Shown piece by piece: positions 38,658 through 52,575 of a stretch of 61,685 nucleotides of DNA (positions are counted from its first letter, which is position 1; the number at the start of each line of letters is the position of its first letter). The stretch is taken from positions 1 through 61,685 of the forward strand of contig NW_021832387.1 in the NCBI RefSeq assembly GCF_006345805.1. The letters are read 5' to 3'. This stretch comes from Octopus sinensis (lineage: Eukaryota). Made by a program: the position numbers and the translations under genes. The notes beneath the pieces are model-generated. The model was not told where the DNA came from. It did no database searches and saw only the letters and a program-made list of their open reading frames with translations.

Positions 38658-40131
38658 TCCTTCGTAACACAGTGTAAGTAAAAATGCACCGGAATCTGTC
38701 AAGTCAGAAAAAGGACCTCAGACAGATAATACTTTCCCTTAAGATGTCCGCTGTGCCCAATAAGGCTGCATTTTGCAAGATGTTAATCTTGCCTGTGATT
38801 TCCAGTTGCCTTAAGAAGTTTTGAAGTTTCGGTGGGATTGAGCCCAACGCTCTGATCACCACTGGTATGACTTTTACATTACTCTCTCGCATTCCATACA
38901 CTCTCGACATTTCCACTTTCAATTCGAAGTACTTGGTATTTTTTTCGACCTCTTTACTCACAACATTCATGTCGTTTGGTATGGTTACATCAATGATCTG
39001 ACGGTATTTGTCTTTCTTATTCAATATGATAATAATCCAGCCGACAGTGATCGATTACACGGTCCGTTTGAAAATCATAGTTCCAGAATATTGTTCCATC
39101 CTCCTGCATAACTTTACTTGGTACATGCCCATACCAGTTCTCTGTTACTTTATATTGGTACTTACGGCATAAGAGCCAATGAAGATACGGCGCTTGCATT
39201 CTTTTTGTGAAAGGCTTTCACATCCACTTACCAAGTGGGTCAATTTTCCACACTCTTTGTACAGAGTCTGCATTTCTGAGTGTCAGAAGTTTTATAGATG
39301 TTATACTTCCCTGAATTGGTAACAAGAGCCTGGTCTTGAGCAGCGATGATCAGGCTTTCGGTGCTACGCTTCAAATCACCCCGTCAACCCATGCCCACGA
39401 TGCTGTATTATACTTAATGTCTTGCGTATTCCTTTCAAATTGTCCGTGCATTCTCATTTCAAGAAGGTCTTCTTTTCTCTTCTCCTCAGTTCTTTGCCAA
39501 TCATTTCATCTGCATTTACATCCATATATTTCGCGGCATATTGCAGCGGGTTTTCATCACTCTTTATCAAATACTCGGCAAGCGTTCTCCTTTCACTCCT
39601 TATACAATGGTCTATACTAATTAGTCTTCTACCACCACTCTTTCTTTTCATATACAGTCTGTTTATGTTTGCTTTACAGTGTAGCGCCTCATGCAGTGTC
39701 ATTAACTTTCTCGTCCTTCTATCCAGTATTGATATTTCCTCGTTAGTCCATTTGAGGATGGATGCGCTATATATGACCGTAGCAAATGCCCAGATATTCA
39801 TTGCGGTAATCAAACTTTTGGCATTCGGGTTGGATTTCAACACCATCTTCACCCTTTTTTGATACGCCTCGTTGACCTTGACTTTCAATTCTGTATGTAG
39901 AATGTCATCCAGCTCCAAAATCCCTAAATATCTATACCCACTATCGTTGGGTTCAACCATGGTCTCTCCTGATAGTAACCGCAATTCTCTGCAGGCTGGT
40001 CTCTTCCTTCTTTTCATATTAAGTACTGAGCATTTGGTAATCCCAAATTCCATACCGATGTCCCTACTACACTTCTGAACTGTTTTGGTTAAGGAATCTA
40101 TCTGTTTTTCAGATTTCCCCCAAAATTTCAG
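38658..40131 (-). mobile_element. 5'-truncated R4/Dong-like LINE (RT C-terminal half, zinc knuckle, RLE) within (TAA)n
   Basis: DIGMEFGITKC...YRYLG...RLYMKRKSGGR, ESLIIAAQDQAL...CRLC...HLVSGC, IIDVTIP...PVVIRALG...LQNAALLGTADILR; stops and frameshifts; (ATT)n flanks. Confidence 0.9.
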
Positions 40132-40138
40132 ATTATTA

Positions 40139-40193
<55 letters not shown>

Positions 40194-40454
40194 AATGATA
40201 TGCCGAGAGAGTCGTTTCCAAGTCGGGCAAAATGTTTAGCGGTGTTTTCTCTGGTTTAAGTTTCTACGTTCAAATGCTGCCAAGGTCGACTATGCCTTTC
40301 ATCCTTTCGAGGTCAATGAAATTAGTCCTAGTTGATCACAGGTGTTGATGTAATCGACTAGTCGCCTCCCACAAAATTTCAGGCTTTGTGCCAATAATAG
40401 AAAGGATTACTATTTTTATTCATATTCTTTCTATTTTCCTTTCTTTTCCTAAGT

Positions 40455-40920
40455 TATAAATGCCACGTTTAGAGACACAACATCTTTCTCAACACATTTG
40501 CTGTTCCAAGTATTGCCGTCAACTGTGTACTTGTAATAATGTTTGGTATTCGCAGCTTTTCATGCCAAAAATATTGCATTCTTTGAAATGGTTCCAAGTT
40601 CACCATTCACAATAGGCATCACACTCACTTTCTAGATGTGTTTCACTTCCAATGCCAGATCTTGGTACTTTATGACTTTCTCATTCTTTGTCTTAACAAC
40701 ATTCTGGTCTGCTGGTATAGCTGCATCGATGAAGGTCCATTCGTTGAACTGATTCCGGACGAGAGTGATATTTGGTCGGTTAGATTGTAGCTTCTTATCA
40801 GTATACATTGGCAGATCCCATATGAGTTTCACTTGATTATTCTCTGTTATTTGCAAAATTTGGTGTTCCAACCTCATGTTCAAACGTTCTAGCCCGTACT
40901 TCCGGCACAACTCCCAGGGT
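40455..40920 (-). mobile_element. Older R4/Dong-like RLE fragment
   Basis: KLIWDLPMYTDKKLQSNRPNITLV...FIDAAIPADQNVVKTKNEKVIKYQDLALEV. Confidence 0.8.
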
Positions 40921-42494
40921 AGTCACCAAAATGCTTAGCAGGATTTCTTCTGGGTCAATACGTTCCAAATTCAAATTCGGCCGAGAACGACTTTGCTAAT
41001 TATTTTTCTCAGAATCGATAAAAGAAATACCAGTTGAGTACTGGGGTCGATGTTATCGACTATCCTTCTCCCCTGAACATTCTGGTCTTGTGCAAAAATT
41101 TGAATTCCTCATTATTATTACGATGAAGTCGGTGAGCTGGTAGAATCGTTACCACGTGGGGGAAATTGCTTAACGACATACCTTCCGATTTTATGTTTTG
41201 TGTTCAAATGCCGCCGCGGTCGACTTTGTCTTCCATAATCAAATTATTCCCTACCCTGAAATTGCTGGCTTCGTGCCAAAATTTGAAAGCATTATTATTA
41301 TTCTGTCATTCTTATTTAGTACTGTTCACTCCGTGAGTGATTGGGCTTAACATGTCGCTTGATTTAACATTTCGTTTTTGCATATCTTCAAAGTGTTTCC
41401 TCTGCTGCAAGTATTTGAACCCTTACATTGTTTCCATTCTGTCGACAAGGCTCATCAGATTGATGTATTTGGTAATAAATTTGATTAGTAGCAAGTCAAT
41501 GACTAGACGATACACTTCGATAAGAAGAGAATTTCAAGAGACTCGTTTCCATACCATTCTGTTTTGAAAGGTTTTCCATGCAGAATTTCAGGTGATAATT
41601 ACATAGTATTTGCGATTTAAATCATTAAAGTGGCACTTCATCAGAATTACTTTAAAAGGTGCGATCCGAAACAGTGAGATTGTCTCTATTTCATCATTTT
41701 TATACTTAGTTCTTAGTCATTGTTTCTTTCTTATATAAGAAATGTACAACGCTTGACTGTTGCACAATGTAAGAGTGCATATTTGATGCAAATCTCATGA
41801 AGTGCCACTCTAATGTAGAAAACTGCAAGTACTACGCAATTTCATATCCAAATTAACGTGGATAATTTTTTAGAACGTCAAGTACTGCGGTATTGGCCTT
41901 GCGAGTTCCTCTTATATTGATGTTTGGGGCATAAAAAAAGCACAGACGTATATCGTAGCAGATGAAGTAGCCTGGTATGGGCTCCAGAATTGCCAGATCG
42001 CTTGATATCAATATACTGCTTTTTTTTAGAGACAGCATACCACCCAAACCTCGCTGTGATGATAAATATAATATCAGAGTATTTTCAATGACTGATGTCG
42101 CAAAATTCTTTACGACGTAACTTTTCTCACAATTTTTGTTTTCATTATAAAAACAGAGTGGTATCAAGGAAACAGTTGTAACTGATAATTAAAGATGAGC
42201 TAAACTCTCTTTGATTAATTATTTGGATTATATTTATCAACATGTAACAACGTTAGTTCCAACACGTTTTTGTTTTCTCTCTATTTTTGTCTCTCTCCAT
42301 CGGCTTTCTGTCGGCGTTCCGTTTTGTGGAAGTGCGTAGGATTGAAACGTTAAAGATTTCTTCCATTCTTTCCTAACCGTTAAACTAATGCACCCTATTT
42401 GTTGTTCTACCACCTGTCTCTGTTTTATATATATTTTGAACCATATATTTTTTTTTCAGCTCAGAGCTGCGGCCATGCTGATGCACCGCCGTTT

Positions 42495-42535
<41 letters not shown>

Positions 42536-42553
42536 TAATAATAATAATATATA

Positions 42554-42629
<76 letters not shown>

Positions 42630-43764
42630 TATTATTATTATTTACTATTTATTATTTAACTGAACGCCACGCATTCATTTCCAAGTAAGTTTATATTCAC
42701 ATTTTTGACGCGACTCTCGTCTCTATATTGTTTTCTTATTTCACCCTTCTCTAATTCTCTTTTTCTCCCCCTCCATCTTTCCCCGTTTATCTATCTCTCC
42801 TCTTTCTCTTTTTCTCTCTCTTTCCTCTTTCTCTTTCTCTCTCTCCCGATGCTTACGTATTTAACTCGTTTGTTTATGTATTTTTTGTTGTTTGAACCAT
42901 TGATTTCTCCAAACTGTTTATAAATATATACCACAAAGTGATATAATTCGCTTGATATATTATGCCACGCTATAGTGCTTTGCCTAACACTGAGACCATA
43001 TAACAGTATAATGATCTTTTCTACGATAGACACTAGATTTGAAATTGGGATTTGGAGCGAGTCGATTACGTCAACCCAGGTATTTGATGAATGGTAGACT
43101 ACTTACATCGATCCCCAAAAGACGAAAGAATTTGAACTGAGAAAGTGAAGACAGCAGAAATGCCGCTAAGCATTTTCTCCAGGTGTGCTAACGGTTCCTC
43201 CAGCTCTCCGCCTTATATATAACAATACAATACAGCGACCATGTAATTATTAAACAGTATTTGGTCAGTTTTGAGGTTCTCAAATTGATTCTGTCTTTGG
43301 TAAAGTTCCATCCAATAATTAAGATTTCTATACAAAGTATGAATTCATTTTCCATTATTTTCCAATAAAAAGATATGCAGTATTCATATAAATCTTTGTA
43401 ATTCTTCCTACCCAAGGAAGGAATCTAAATGTGGTCGCTCTTCTTACTAGAAATCGCAGATATATTTCCTTCAACTCATACTATACCATTTATACGTAAT
43501 TGTTTCTGACTTAGTCACGAAGCTAACAGTTTTAATGAGACGGGTGTTAGTCAATATCACTGACCTCTCCCACCACCCAGTATTCCATTGGCTCTTTCTT
43601 TTATCAGCCCTGAAAAGGTTAAAGATAATGTTGAAATTTGCGGGATATGAACTCTGGATGTAAAGACCCGGAAGAAATGACGCACGGCATTTTTTCCAAC
43701 GCTCTGAGGATTCTGCCATGTTGCTGGCTTTCCCATGCCATATATAACGACATTTTATAAATTA

Positions 43765-43982
43765 GTGAGGCAGTAAGCTGGCAAAATCATTAACACATCG
43801 GACAAAATGCCTCGTAGCATTTATATTGGCTTTATATTAGGAGTTTAAATTCCGTCGAAATAGCCTTTGCACTTAATTTTTTACGGATCGATAAAATAAG
43901 TACCAGTTGAACACTGGGGTCAATGAATCGACGCATCCCCACCTTCCCAAAATGGCTGCCCTTGTGGCAAAATTTGAAACCA

Positions 43983-44042
<60 letters not shown>

Positions 44043-44443
44043 TTAAGTCGGCGAACCGGCAAAATCATTATCACTCCGGGCAAATTGCTTAGCGGTATTT
44101 CGTCTGCCGCTACGTTCTGAGTTAAAATTCCGCCGAGGTCGACTTTGCCTTTCATCCTTTTGGGGTCGATAAATTAAGTACTAGTGAAACACTGGGGTCG
44201 ATGTAATCGACTTAATCCGTTTGTCTGTCCTTGTTTGTCATCTCTGTGTTTAGCCCCTAGTGGGTTGTAAAGAAATAGGTATTTCGTCCGTCTTTACGCT
44301 CTGAGTTTAAATTCCGTCGAAGTCGACTTTGCCTTATACCATATCGGGGTCGATAAAATAAGTACCAGTTGAACACTGGGGTCGATGTAATCGATACATC
44401 CTCCCACCACAAAGATTGCTGGCCTTGCGCCAAAATTTCAATC

Positions 44444-44445
<2 letters not shown>
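43765..44445 (+). mobile_element. Two SINE family 2 loci; the second (44044-44445) is an old head plus young body/tail B plus old body/tail A
   Basis: Both end in tail A then (ATT)n; tail B at ~44277 is followed by gtatttcg. Confidence 0.8.
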
Positions 44446-44504
<59 letters not shown>

Positions 44505-45121
44505 GCTGTTTCTTTTGATTTTTGTTGTTCTGTTTTCTTTTTCTTGTTTTTGTGTTTGTTTTGTTTAAATCGTCCTCCCGTTCTCTCATCGTTGGTGGCG
44601 TTTTGATGGATGGAAAAGCTCGGTGAAGAGAAAATATTTAAAAGTAAACCATAACAAAACAAAACAAAACAAAAAAACAAAGCAAAACAAACGTACCCTA
44701 GTGTTGGGAGAAAAGTAAATGTTATATAAGAAACTTAAAGTGACAACATGGGTCTTAATTGATTGACACGAAGAATCAACAGGTGGCTTGTCTGAGAGAC
44801 CAGGAGACACTGAATAACTGGTTTGCAGATCAGTGAAAACTGTTGAGGTTATTATTTACATACTGATGTCAAAAGAATCATCGGAGATCAGACAGTCGTA
44901 GATTATATATGTTTATTTTATTACCAATAATATTAGAAGCAACATAATTAAATACTAACCCATTCAAAGACACACAGCGAGTTTATTTAATTGCTTAAAC
45001 AAATATACTGTCGTATTTGTATGCACACCCATGATGCCTTGCGTAATTGCATACGTCAACACATGCTTAATTACACATTGACACGTACTCACATATGCAC
45101 GCACAGATTATCTATCTGTCT

Positions 45122-45190
<69 letters not shown>

Positions 45191-45219
45191 TATATCTATC
45201 TATCTATAGATTATGCGTA

Positions 45220-45264
<45 letters not shown>

Positions 45265-45309
45265 CATATGTATATATTTGTATAAACATATATATGTGTA
45301 TGTATTATA

Positions 45310-45340
<31 letters not shown>

Positions 45341-45456
45341 ATTTGTGTGGGTGTTGTGTATGTTTTAATTGTTGAAGCCAATTCAATGAGGATCCTTCAG
45401 AAATATATTACATGTAGCGTGCATAATTTATATATCTGCACACACACACACGCGCG

Positions 45457-45506
<50 letters not shown>

Positions 45507-45644
45507 AGAACATGCAATGTCTGCAGTTACAGGCATTGGTCAGTTTGTGTCTCTAGTAGAGGAGACGTTCCAAAGGAACCTCGCTGTGAGATTAAACTCG
45601 AAACGAGGCTGTTGCCACATTATCTCGTTACCTATACACATAAC

Positions 45645-45675
<31 letters not shown>

Positions 45676-45698
45676 ATTTATGTATGTCTATATATATA

Positions 45699-45738
<40 letters not shown>

Positions 45739-45829
45739 ATATATTAAATAACGATACAAGATCATTATTTAAAATACCGATCATACCAAGTGGCTAGCAT
45801 GGGAATAAAACCTAATAGTAATAATTAAT

Positions 45830-47245
45830 TTGAGTTCGAACCTCAAAGCTTTAAGTATATTCTCAATATGGTGTAAGAACTGTGTTAGACAGTCCCTGCC
45901 ACAGCGAAAGCCATGCCGATTTGCATTTAGGAGTTTGTGGGTCTCCAGGAAGTCAGCTATCCTTGATCTTAACACTCTTTCAAACACTTTAATGATGTGG
46001 GAGGTGAGTGACATTGGGTGAGAGTTGACTGCGAGGGATCTGTTTCCCTGTTTGAAAACCGAGATGACAGACTGGGATATGAGCTGTTTTGGTATATAAC
46101 CTGAGTCTAAAGAATTTCTCCAGAGGTTGGTCAGAGGGACTGCAATTTGGTGTCTACATTACTTCAGGAGACTAGCGGGGAATCTATCAGGACCTACAGC
46201 TAAATAGTATTTGACCTCATTTATTGCTGCTATGATGTCAGAGGCAGTGAAGGTTATGTCCGAGATTCTATGTTGGGAAACAACTTCGTTCGCTTCTCTT
46301 ACGTCAATATCAGTGGGATCACTAAAGACAGAGCAGTATTGTTTCAGCAGTATTTCTGGCATTTCTTTAACATCGTGTTGGGCAATGCTGTTATCATCGA
46401 TCAATGGCCCGATGGGTGAGACAGCGGTTCTATGCTAATTTGCATAAGAATAGAACATTGTTTTTCTGTTTAATTTTCTTGATTACCCACTGTTCCTCTG
46501 CAGCTGTTTGATTTTCATGTCGGACTGCATATAAAGTGTTTCGAACTCCAGCCTTTTCATTGTTGTTGAATGTGGATGTTGTATGTGGGAGTATTTTAAT
46601 TGGTTGATTTTTTTATTGAGACTTTTGATGCGACTGATGAGTGTTTTTTTTTGGGGGGGGGGGGGAGCCAGTTTCTATTTGTGTTAGTGGATTTTGTAGG
46701 AGCGTGTTTTGAGCATGTATAGGTGACAATGTTTCCAAAGTGCTGCCATGCAGTCTCAAAGTGAGTGGAACTGAGACTGAAGGACCAGTCGAGGAAGGAC
46801 AGATCCTTTCTGATTGCTCCCCAGTCTGCTTTGTGAAAGTTGATGTTGTCAAATGAGTACCGTGGAGTGGGATTGGCTGGTTTGGTTTTGATATGCGGGG
46901 AATTAAAATTGCAGAGTATCGTGTCGTGGTTTGAAAGGAGAGTTTTTTTCAACTGAAATACTGTGAACGAAGCTAGAGTGATTGGTTAATACCAGATCCA
47001 AGATCGTTTTATTCTGTCTCGTTGGTTCGGGCACTAGCTGAGTCAGGAAGTATTCATCCATTAGATTAAAGAGCAGTTCTGTTGCTGCTCTATCTGATGT
47101 AGAGCATTTGCCTAACTTCAGAGTATTTGTAGGCCAGTTCACATGAGGGAGGTTAAAATCACCCATCACTAGTATGCTTCCGGAGTTGTATTTTTGAAGG
47201 AAGGACTTGATTTTGTTGAGGCACTCTTCAAAGCACTTTAGAGGT
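45830..47245 (-). mobile_element. Decayed CR1/L2-type LINE ORF2 (APE endonuclease end, linker, RT start)
   Basis: MGDFNLPHVNW...PTRQNKTILDLVLTN; GPDRFPASLLK; SLTSHIIKVFERV...RHGFRCGRDCLTQ. Confidence 0.85.
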
Positions 47246-47316
47246 GCTTGGGGAGGCCTGTAAAGACCAGTAAGGATTATGTCTCCGAGATGTTGTTTTG
47301 CATGAGTATATATATA

Positions 47317-47356
<40 letters not shown>

Positions 47357-47404
47357 TATTATATATATATATGTTATGTATATGTATGTATATATATATA
47401 TATA

Positions 47405-47482
47405 CAGTACTGTTTCTACTTCGCGGATTTTCACACATCGCGGGTTTTGGGAACGTAACACCCGCGATAGTCGAGGGATATG
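47405..47482. mobile_element. Short Tigger/pogo-like MITE remnant
   Basis: TA-flanked, starts cagta; internal atcgcggg/cccgcgat inverted repeat; ends gtcgagggatatg. Confidence 0.6.
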
Positions 47483-48370
47483 TATTTATAACATATGTAT
47501 ATTCTACCCATTATTTTCTCAGTCTCTCTCTCTGTCTCATCCTTTCTTTTTCTTTATTATTTTTTTTTCTCTTTTACCATCTTCACTCTAACGCTCCTTC
47601 CCTCTATTACTTCGCTCTCCTCTCCCTCACTAATCCCCCCACCCCTCAAAGCACACTGCATCTCCGTCTTCAACACCTTTCTTTCTTTCTGTCTCTCCCT
47701 CTCCCTCTCCCTCTCCCTCTCCCTCTTACCCACTCTTCTCTATTTCAAGACCACGCTCCCGTCGTCGGTGTCTTCCCTTTAACAAGCTCTTACTAAAATA
47801 TTAGTGCAGTAGAGTTACTTGTTCCTCTAATTATTTGTTGATCTATCAATAAACCATCGCACCTCTGTTCATTTTTCCATATTGCAGTGTTTATTTTTAC
47901 CCATTCCCTCTTTTCTTTCTTCCTTTCCTTCATTCTTACTTTCTGATTTCTTTCTTTCTTTCTTTCTTTCTTTCTTTCCTTTTTCTTTCACTTTCTCATA
48001 TATTTTCTTTATTTTATGTGTTTTTGCTCCTTCGTTGCAGAAAATCGCATTTAAACCAAGAAAGTGAAAATTAGTATACATCAAATACAGTATGCGTGTG
48101 TATGTGTGCGCGATCGCATATGTGTACACATACATACATACATACATACATACATACACATACATACATACATACATACATACATACATACATGCATGCA
48201 TATGTGTTTTTGTGTGTATGCCGCGCGTATGTCCTTCTGTCTGCATATGTATATCTATCTCTATATGTACATATATATACATGTATATATGTATATATTT
48301 ATGAATATGTCTTTCTCTCTCTCTTTCTCTGTATATATATATTTATATATAGATATATATATATGTATGC

Positions 48371-48404
<34 letters not shown>

Positions 48405-48417
48405 ATATATACATACA

Positions 48418-48468
<51 letters not shown>

Positions 48469-48601
48469 ATATTATATATATTATATATATATATATATGC
48501 ATATGCATATGCATATGCATACATCATAATATACATATATATATATATATTATATATATATTATATATATATCATACATATATACATATATATTATATAT
48601 A

Positions 48602-48634
<33 letters not shown>

Positions 48635-48726
48635 CATACATATATACATATATATATAATATATACATACATATATATATATCTATAGATATATATACAT
48701 ACATATATACATATAATATATATATA

Positions 48727-48787
<61 letters not shown>

Positions 48788-49210
48788 TATAATATATCAC
48801 AGAGGAAGAAAGACAGTGTATATATGAAAATATCAGCAACAAATGAAGCAAAGCATAAACCATAAGTCACAAAAATCCGAAATGAAATGAAATGAAATGA
48901 ATAAATAGAAGACAGAGACGAAGAAAGCATGAGAAATTGAGGCTTGGCTCTATTTAATTTACAGAGGATTCCTTATTCGAGGTTCTCTTTATTCTCGAGT
49001 GTCACGCAAACCTAGCAAATACAAAGGAATAGAAGTAGGACCAAGAGTCCTAGTTTCTTAGAGGAACACAAGAAAAACAGCTTCATTAATTGGATATTCT
49101 ACCGAAGTAAATCTCTAAAATCGTTGTTTAGACAAGACACGGGGCCATTTTGGAAGTAGAGCGAGTGAAGGAGAATAAGTGGATTGTGTCTATGTACTTG
49201 TGTGTGTGTG

Positions 49211-49258
<48 letters not shown>

Positions 49259-49446
49259 TGTGTGTGTGTGTGTGTGTGATGAGGTGAATAAGGGAGTGAG
49301 CATGGAAGAGAGAGAGAGAGAGAGACCTGGTGATGGTGTTTTGTGGAAAAGCGGAGTTTAGTAAGAAAGCATGAACGTGTCAGTGTGTGGACATGTGTAC
49401 GTGTGAGTGTATGCGTGCATGTATGCATCCATGTCCGTGTGCATCC

Positions 49447-49477
<31 letters not shown>

Positions 49478-49503
49478 AGTGTGTGTGTGTGAATGCGTGT
49501 ATA

Positions 49504-49735
49504 AGGCGGCGAGCTGGCAGCAGCGTTAGCACGCTGGACGAAATGCTTAGCGGTATTTCGTCTGCCGCTACGTTCTGAGTTCAAATTCCGCCGAGATCGA
49601 TTTTGCCTTTCATCCTTTCGGAGTCGATTAAATAAGTACCAGTTACGCACTGGGGTTGATATAATCGACTTAATCCGTTTGTCTGTCTTTGTTTGTCCTC
49701 TCTGTGTTTAGCCCCTTGTGGGTAGTAAAGAAATA
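49504..49735 (+). mobile_element. Young SINE family 2 (tail B)
   Basis: 13 bp TSD gaatgcgtgtata at 49491-49503 and 49736-49748. Confidence 0.92.
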
Positions 49736-50061
49736 GAATGCGTGTATACATGCATAGTATGTGGATATGTGTAATATAAATGGAGTGGCGAGATGTTGCA
49801 GACAGAGAAAGAGGGGAAGAGAACGTATATATATTATATATATGTGTGTGTGTGAGTGAGAGAGAGAGAGAGACAGAGAGAGAAAGAGAGAGAGAGAAAG
49901 AGAGAGAGAGAGAAAGATAAAAATGTGAAGAGCGAAATAGAGAAGCAGAGAAGTTAATGCTTTATTAGAGTATCAACATCGTCGTAATCATCTTAATAAC
50001 AACAACAACTACCAGAACAACGACAACAACAACAGCAATGATAATGATAATGATGACAATG

Positions 50062-50242
50062 ATTTCTTTTATTAGCCACAAGGGCGCAAAAACATGGAGG
50101 ACAATATCGAAATACGAATTAGGGAACAGAACAAGAATTACAAGAAATAAGAAAAAAGATGTGCGGTGAACATCGACCAAGGGGAGATAATTCAACATTA
50201 AAGGATATAACAGAAGGTATATAATAGAAAGTAAGAAACCCC
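50062..50242 (-). mobile_element. 3' end of another element carrying the Tx1-like tail
   Basis: Minus strand ends ttgtcctccatgtttttgcgcccttgtggctaataaaagaaat. Confidence 0.55.
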
Positions 50243-50326
50243 CTGGGCAAGTGTCTTCCACTATAGCCTCGGGCAGACCTGAACCTGTGAGTGGATTTCA
50301 TAGACAGAAACTGAAAGAAGCCCGCC

Positions 50327-50409
<83 letters not shown>

Positions 50410-50589
50410 TAAATTAGAGACAAAACACTATTATGCAAATCAAACAAAGAAAGACTTAAGCCAATACATAAATTAATTTATGGTTTTGTCTCTAATTTAA
50501 TATAATATAATATTTTACTATAAAATTGGATTCAATCCTAACTCTCATTTTTCCCTGTAAGTTTGGATTTATTCCCTAATATTTATTAT

Positions 50590-50629
<40 letters not shown>

Positions 50630-50845
50630 ATGTAAGTGTTTGTGTGTCTATGTTTGTCCCCCCAACATCACTTGACAACCGATACTGGTGTGTTTATGTC
50701 CCCGTAACCTAGCGGTTCGGCAAAAGAGTCCGATAGAATAAGTACTAGGCTTACAAAGAATAACTCCTAAGGTCGATTTGCTCGACTAAAGACGGTGCCC
50801 CAGCATGGCCGCAGTTAAGTGACTGAAACAGGTAAGAGAAAAGAA
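50243..50845 (+). mobile_element. SINE family 1 (headless), with a small inverted-repeat insert in its (TA)n
   Basis: tgggcaagtgtcttcc...; insert ~50407-50590 with a 21 bp near-perfect IR atattaaattagagacaaaac/gttttgtctctaatttaatat. Confidence 0.8.
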
Positions 50846-51293
50846 AAGAAAGAATAAGAAATAGAATCTCCAATAGCTTCCTAAAACCGGCTGCTCTGAC
50901 AACAACCTCCAAATAACGACGGACCACCAGAGGAAAAACAATTTTGATCGAAGTTGATCAAAATCCCACGGAAGGCAAATTTGTTAAATAACCTCATAAT
51001 GATGGCTCGCCTGAAGTATACACTATCGTAGAAAGATCCTTCCTGGTTGTGACCATCTTGCCAATGGCATGTACCAACGTAATGTATAGAATCTTGGTCA
51101 ACAGCTAACGTTGAATTAAACGATAATCTCTTATCCGTATTTTTTGCTGAATGCAGAGGTATGGGCCAAAATTATGATCGAACACATACATATATATGAT
51201 AACATACATACACATATAAACATGTATATACCCACAGATCGGATGCAAAGTTAGCAAAATTTTTCTCCTTTTCTCTTTATAATTATGACGTAT

Positions 51294-51604
51294 GTGAAGG
51301 CGCGTGGCTTAGTAGTTAGGGTTTACGTTTCACGATCGCGTGGTCGTGAGTTCAAATCCCGGCAACACATTGAGTCCCTGGACATGACACTTTATTTCGC
51401 GTTGCTCCGATTTACACAGCTGGCAAAAATGTGCTGTACTTATATTTCAAAGGGTCAGCCTCGTCACATTCTGTTTCACGCTGAATCTGAGAACTACATT
51501 AAGAGTACGCGTATCCGTGGAGCGCTCAGCCACTGGCACTTAAATTTCCGTCGATTAGATCAACAGAATCACGGAATACTCGCCGTCGTAACCGACGAAG
51601 TGCC
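51294..51604 (+). mobile_element. tRNA-derived SINE related to family 3
   Basis: gtgaaggcgcgtggcttagtagttagg...gagttcaaatccc...cagctggcaaaaatg. Confidence 0.7.
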
Positions 51605-51714
51605 TGTTAATCGTCAGGAGGAAATTGAAGGTGAATAAGGCGTAAAGTCGTAGATAGATCGATAGATACATACATACATACATACATACGTATATACATA
51701 CATACATACATACA

Positions 51715-51748
<34 letters not shown>

Positions 51749-52513
51749 CATACATATATGCATTACAAATCAGCTCCTTCTAAAGCTGAAATTTAATAAT
51801 TAAAATCAGGATATATAACATGTGCATAGCGTATACATAACGTGTACACACACACACACACATATATATGTACACACACACATACACACACACACATATA
51901 TATATATATAGGAAAATTCACAAAAAAAGAACTAAAACAAAAGACGAAGACAGGTCGTGTAGACAACAAACAGATGTATTAGTATAACGCTCGGGAAGTG
52001 AAAAAGTCTTAAACGTTTCGAGTCTACACTCTTCGACAGAAAGGAACGCAGAAAGTAACAAAAAGAGAAAATAAGGAATATGCAGTGGCTAGCGATCTAT
52101 CATGGCGAATACCGGACAGAAGGATCTGACAAGAGAGCTAGGGAGAAGGGGAGATAATAAAGAAGTGGTGATCCCAAAACGAAGGAGCGCGTGCGTGTGT
52201 ATAAGAGGGTTTTATGTGCGTAGGGCTGGTGATCTTGACGTGTGCGTGTGTGTATGAGTAGGTGTGAAAATGTGGGTCTGGGATGTGGTCAGTGCTGATG
52301 TGTACATGGTGGTGTGTTGTGATGTGATGTGTTCTGTGGTATGGTGATGTAAAGTGTAGTGATGTCTGGTGTGGCGTGATGTTGCTGGGAGGTGGGGGAG
52401 TCGAGAGTGGGACAAGAGTTGGGGTAGTGGGTAGGCGGAGGGTGGGGCAGAGGTGGGGTATGTGGGAGTGTATATATATATGTATACACACACACGCACA
52501 CACACAAACACAA

Positions 52514-52574
<61 letters not shown>

Positions 52575-52575
<1 letters not shown>

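Noticed and set aside
41424-41560. Candidate exon with AG/GTAAGG sites, and a CUGAUGA...GAAAC motif on the minus strand
   Set aside because: All three frames contain stops across the full interval; hammerhead stems I and II do not pair.
43471-43609. Candidate minus-strand exon after a strong acceptor (attatctttaaccttttcag|), reading ADKRKSQWNTGWWERSVILTNTRLI
   Set aside because: No unambiguous donor, no partner exon and no recognisable protein; needs RNA-seq.
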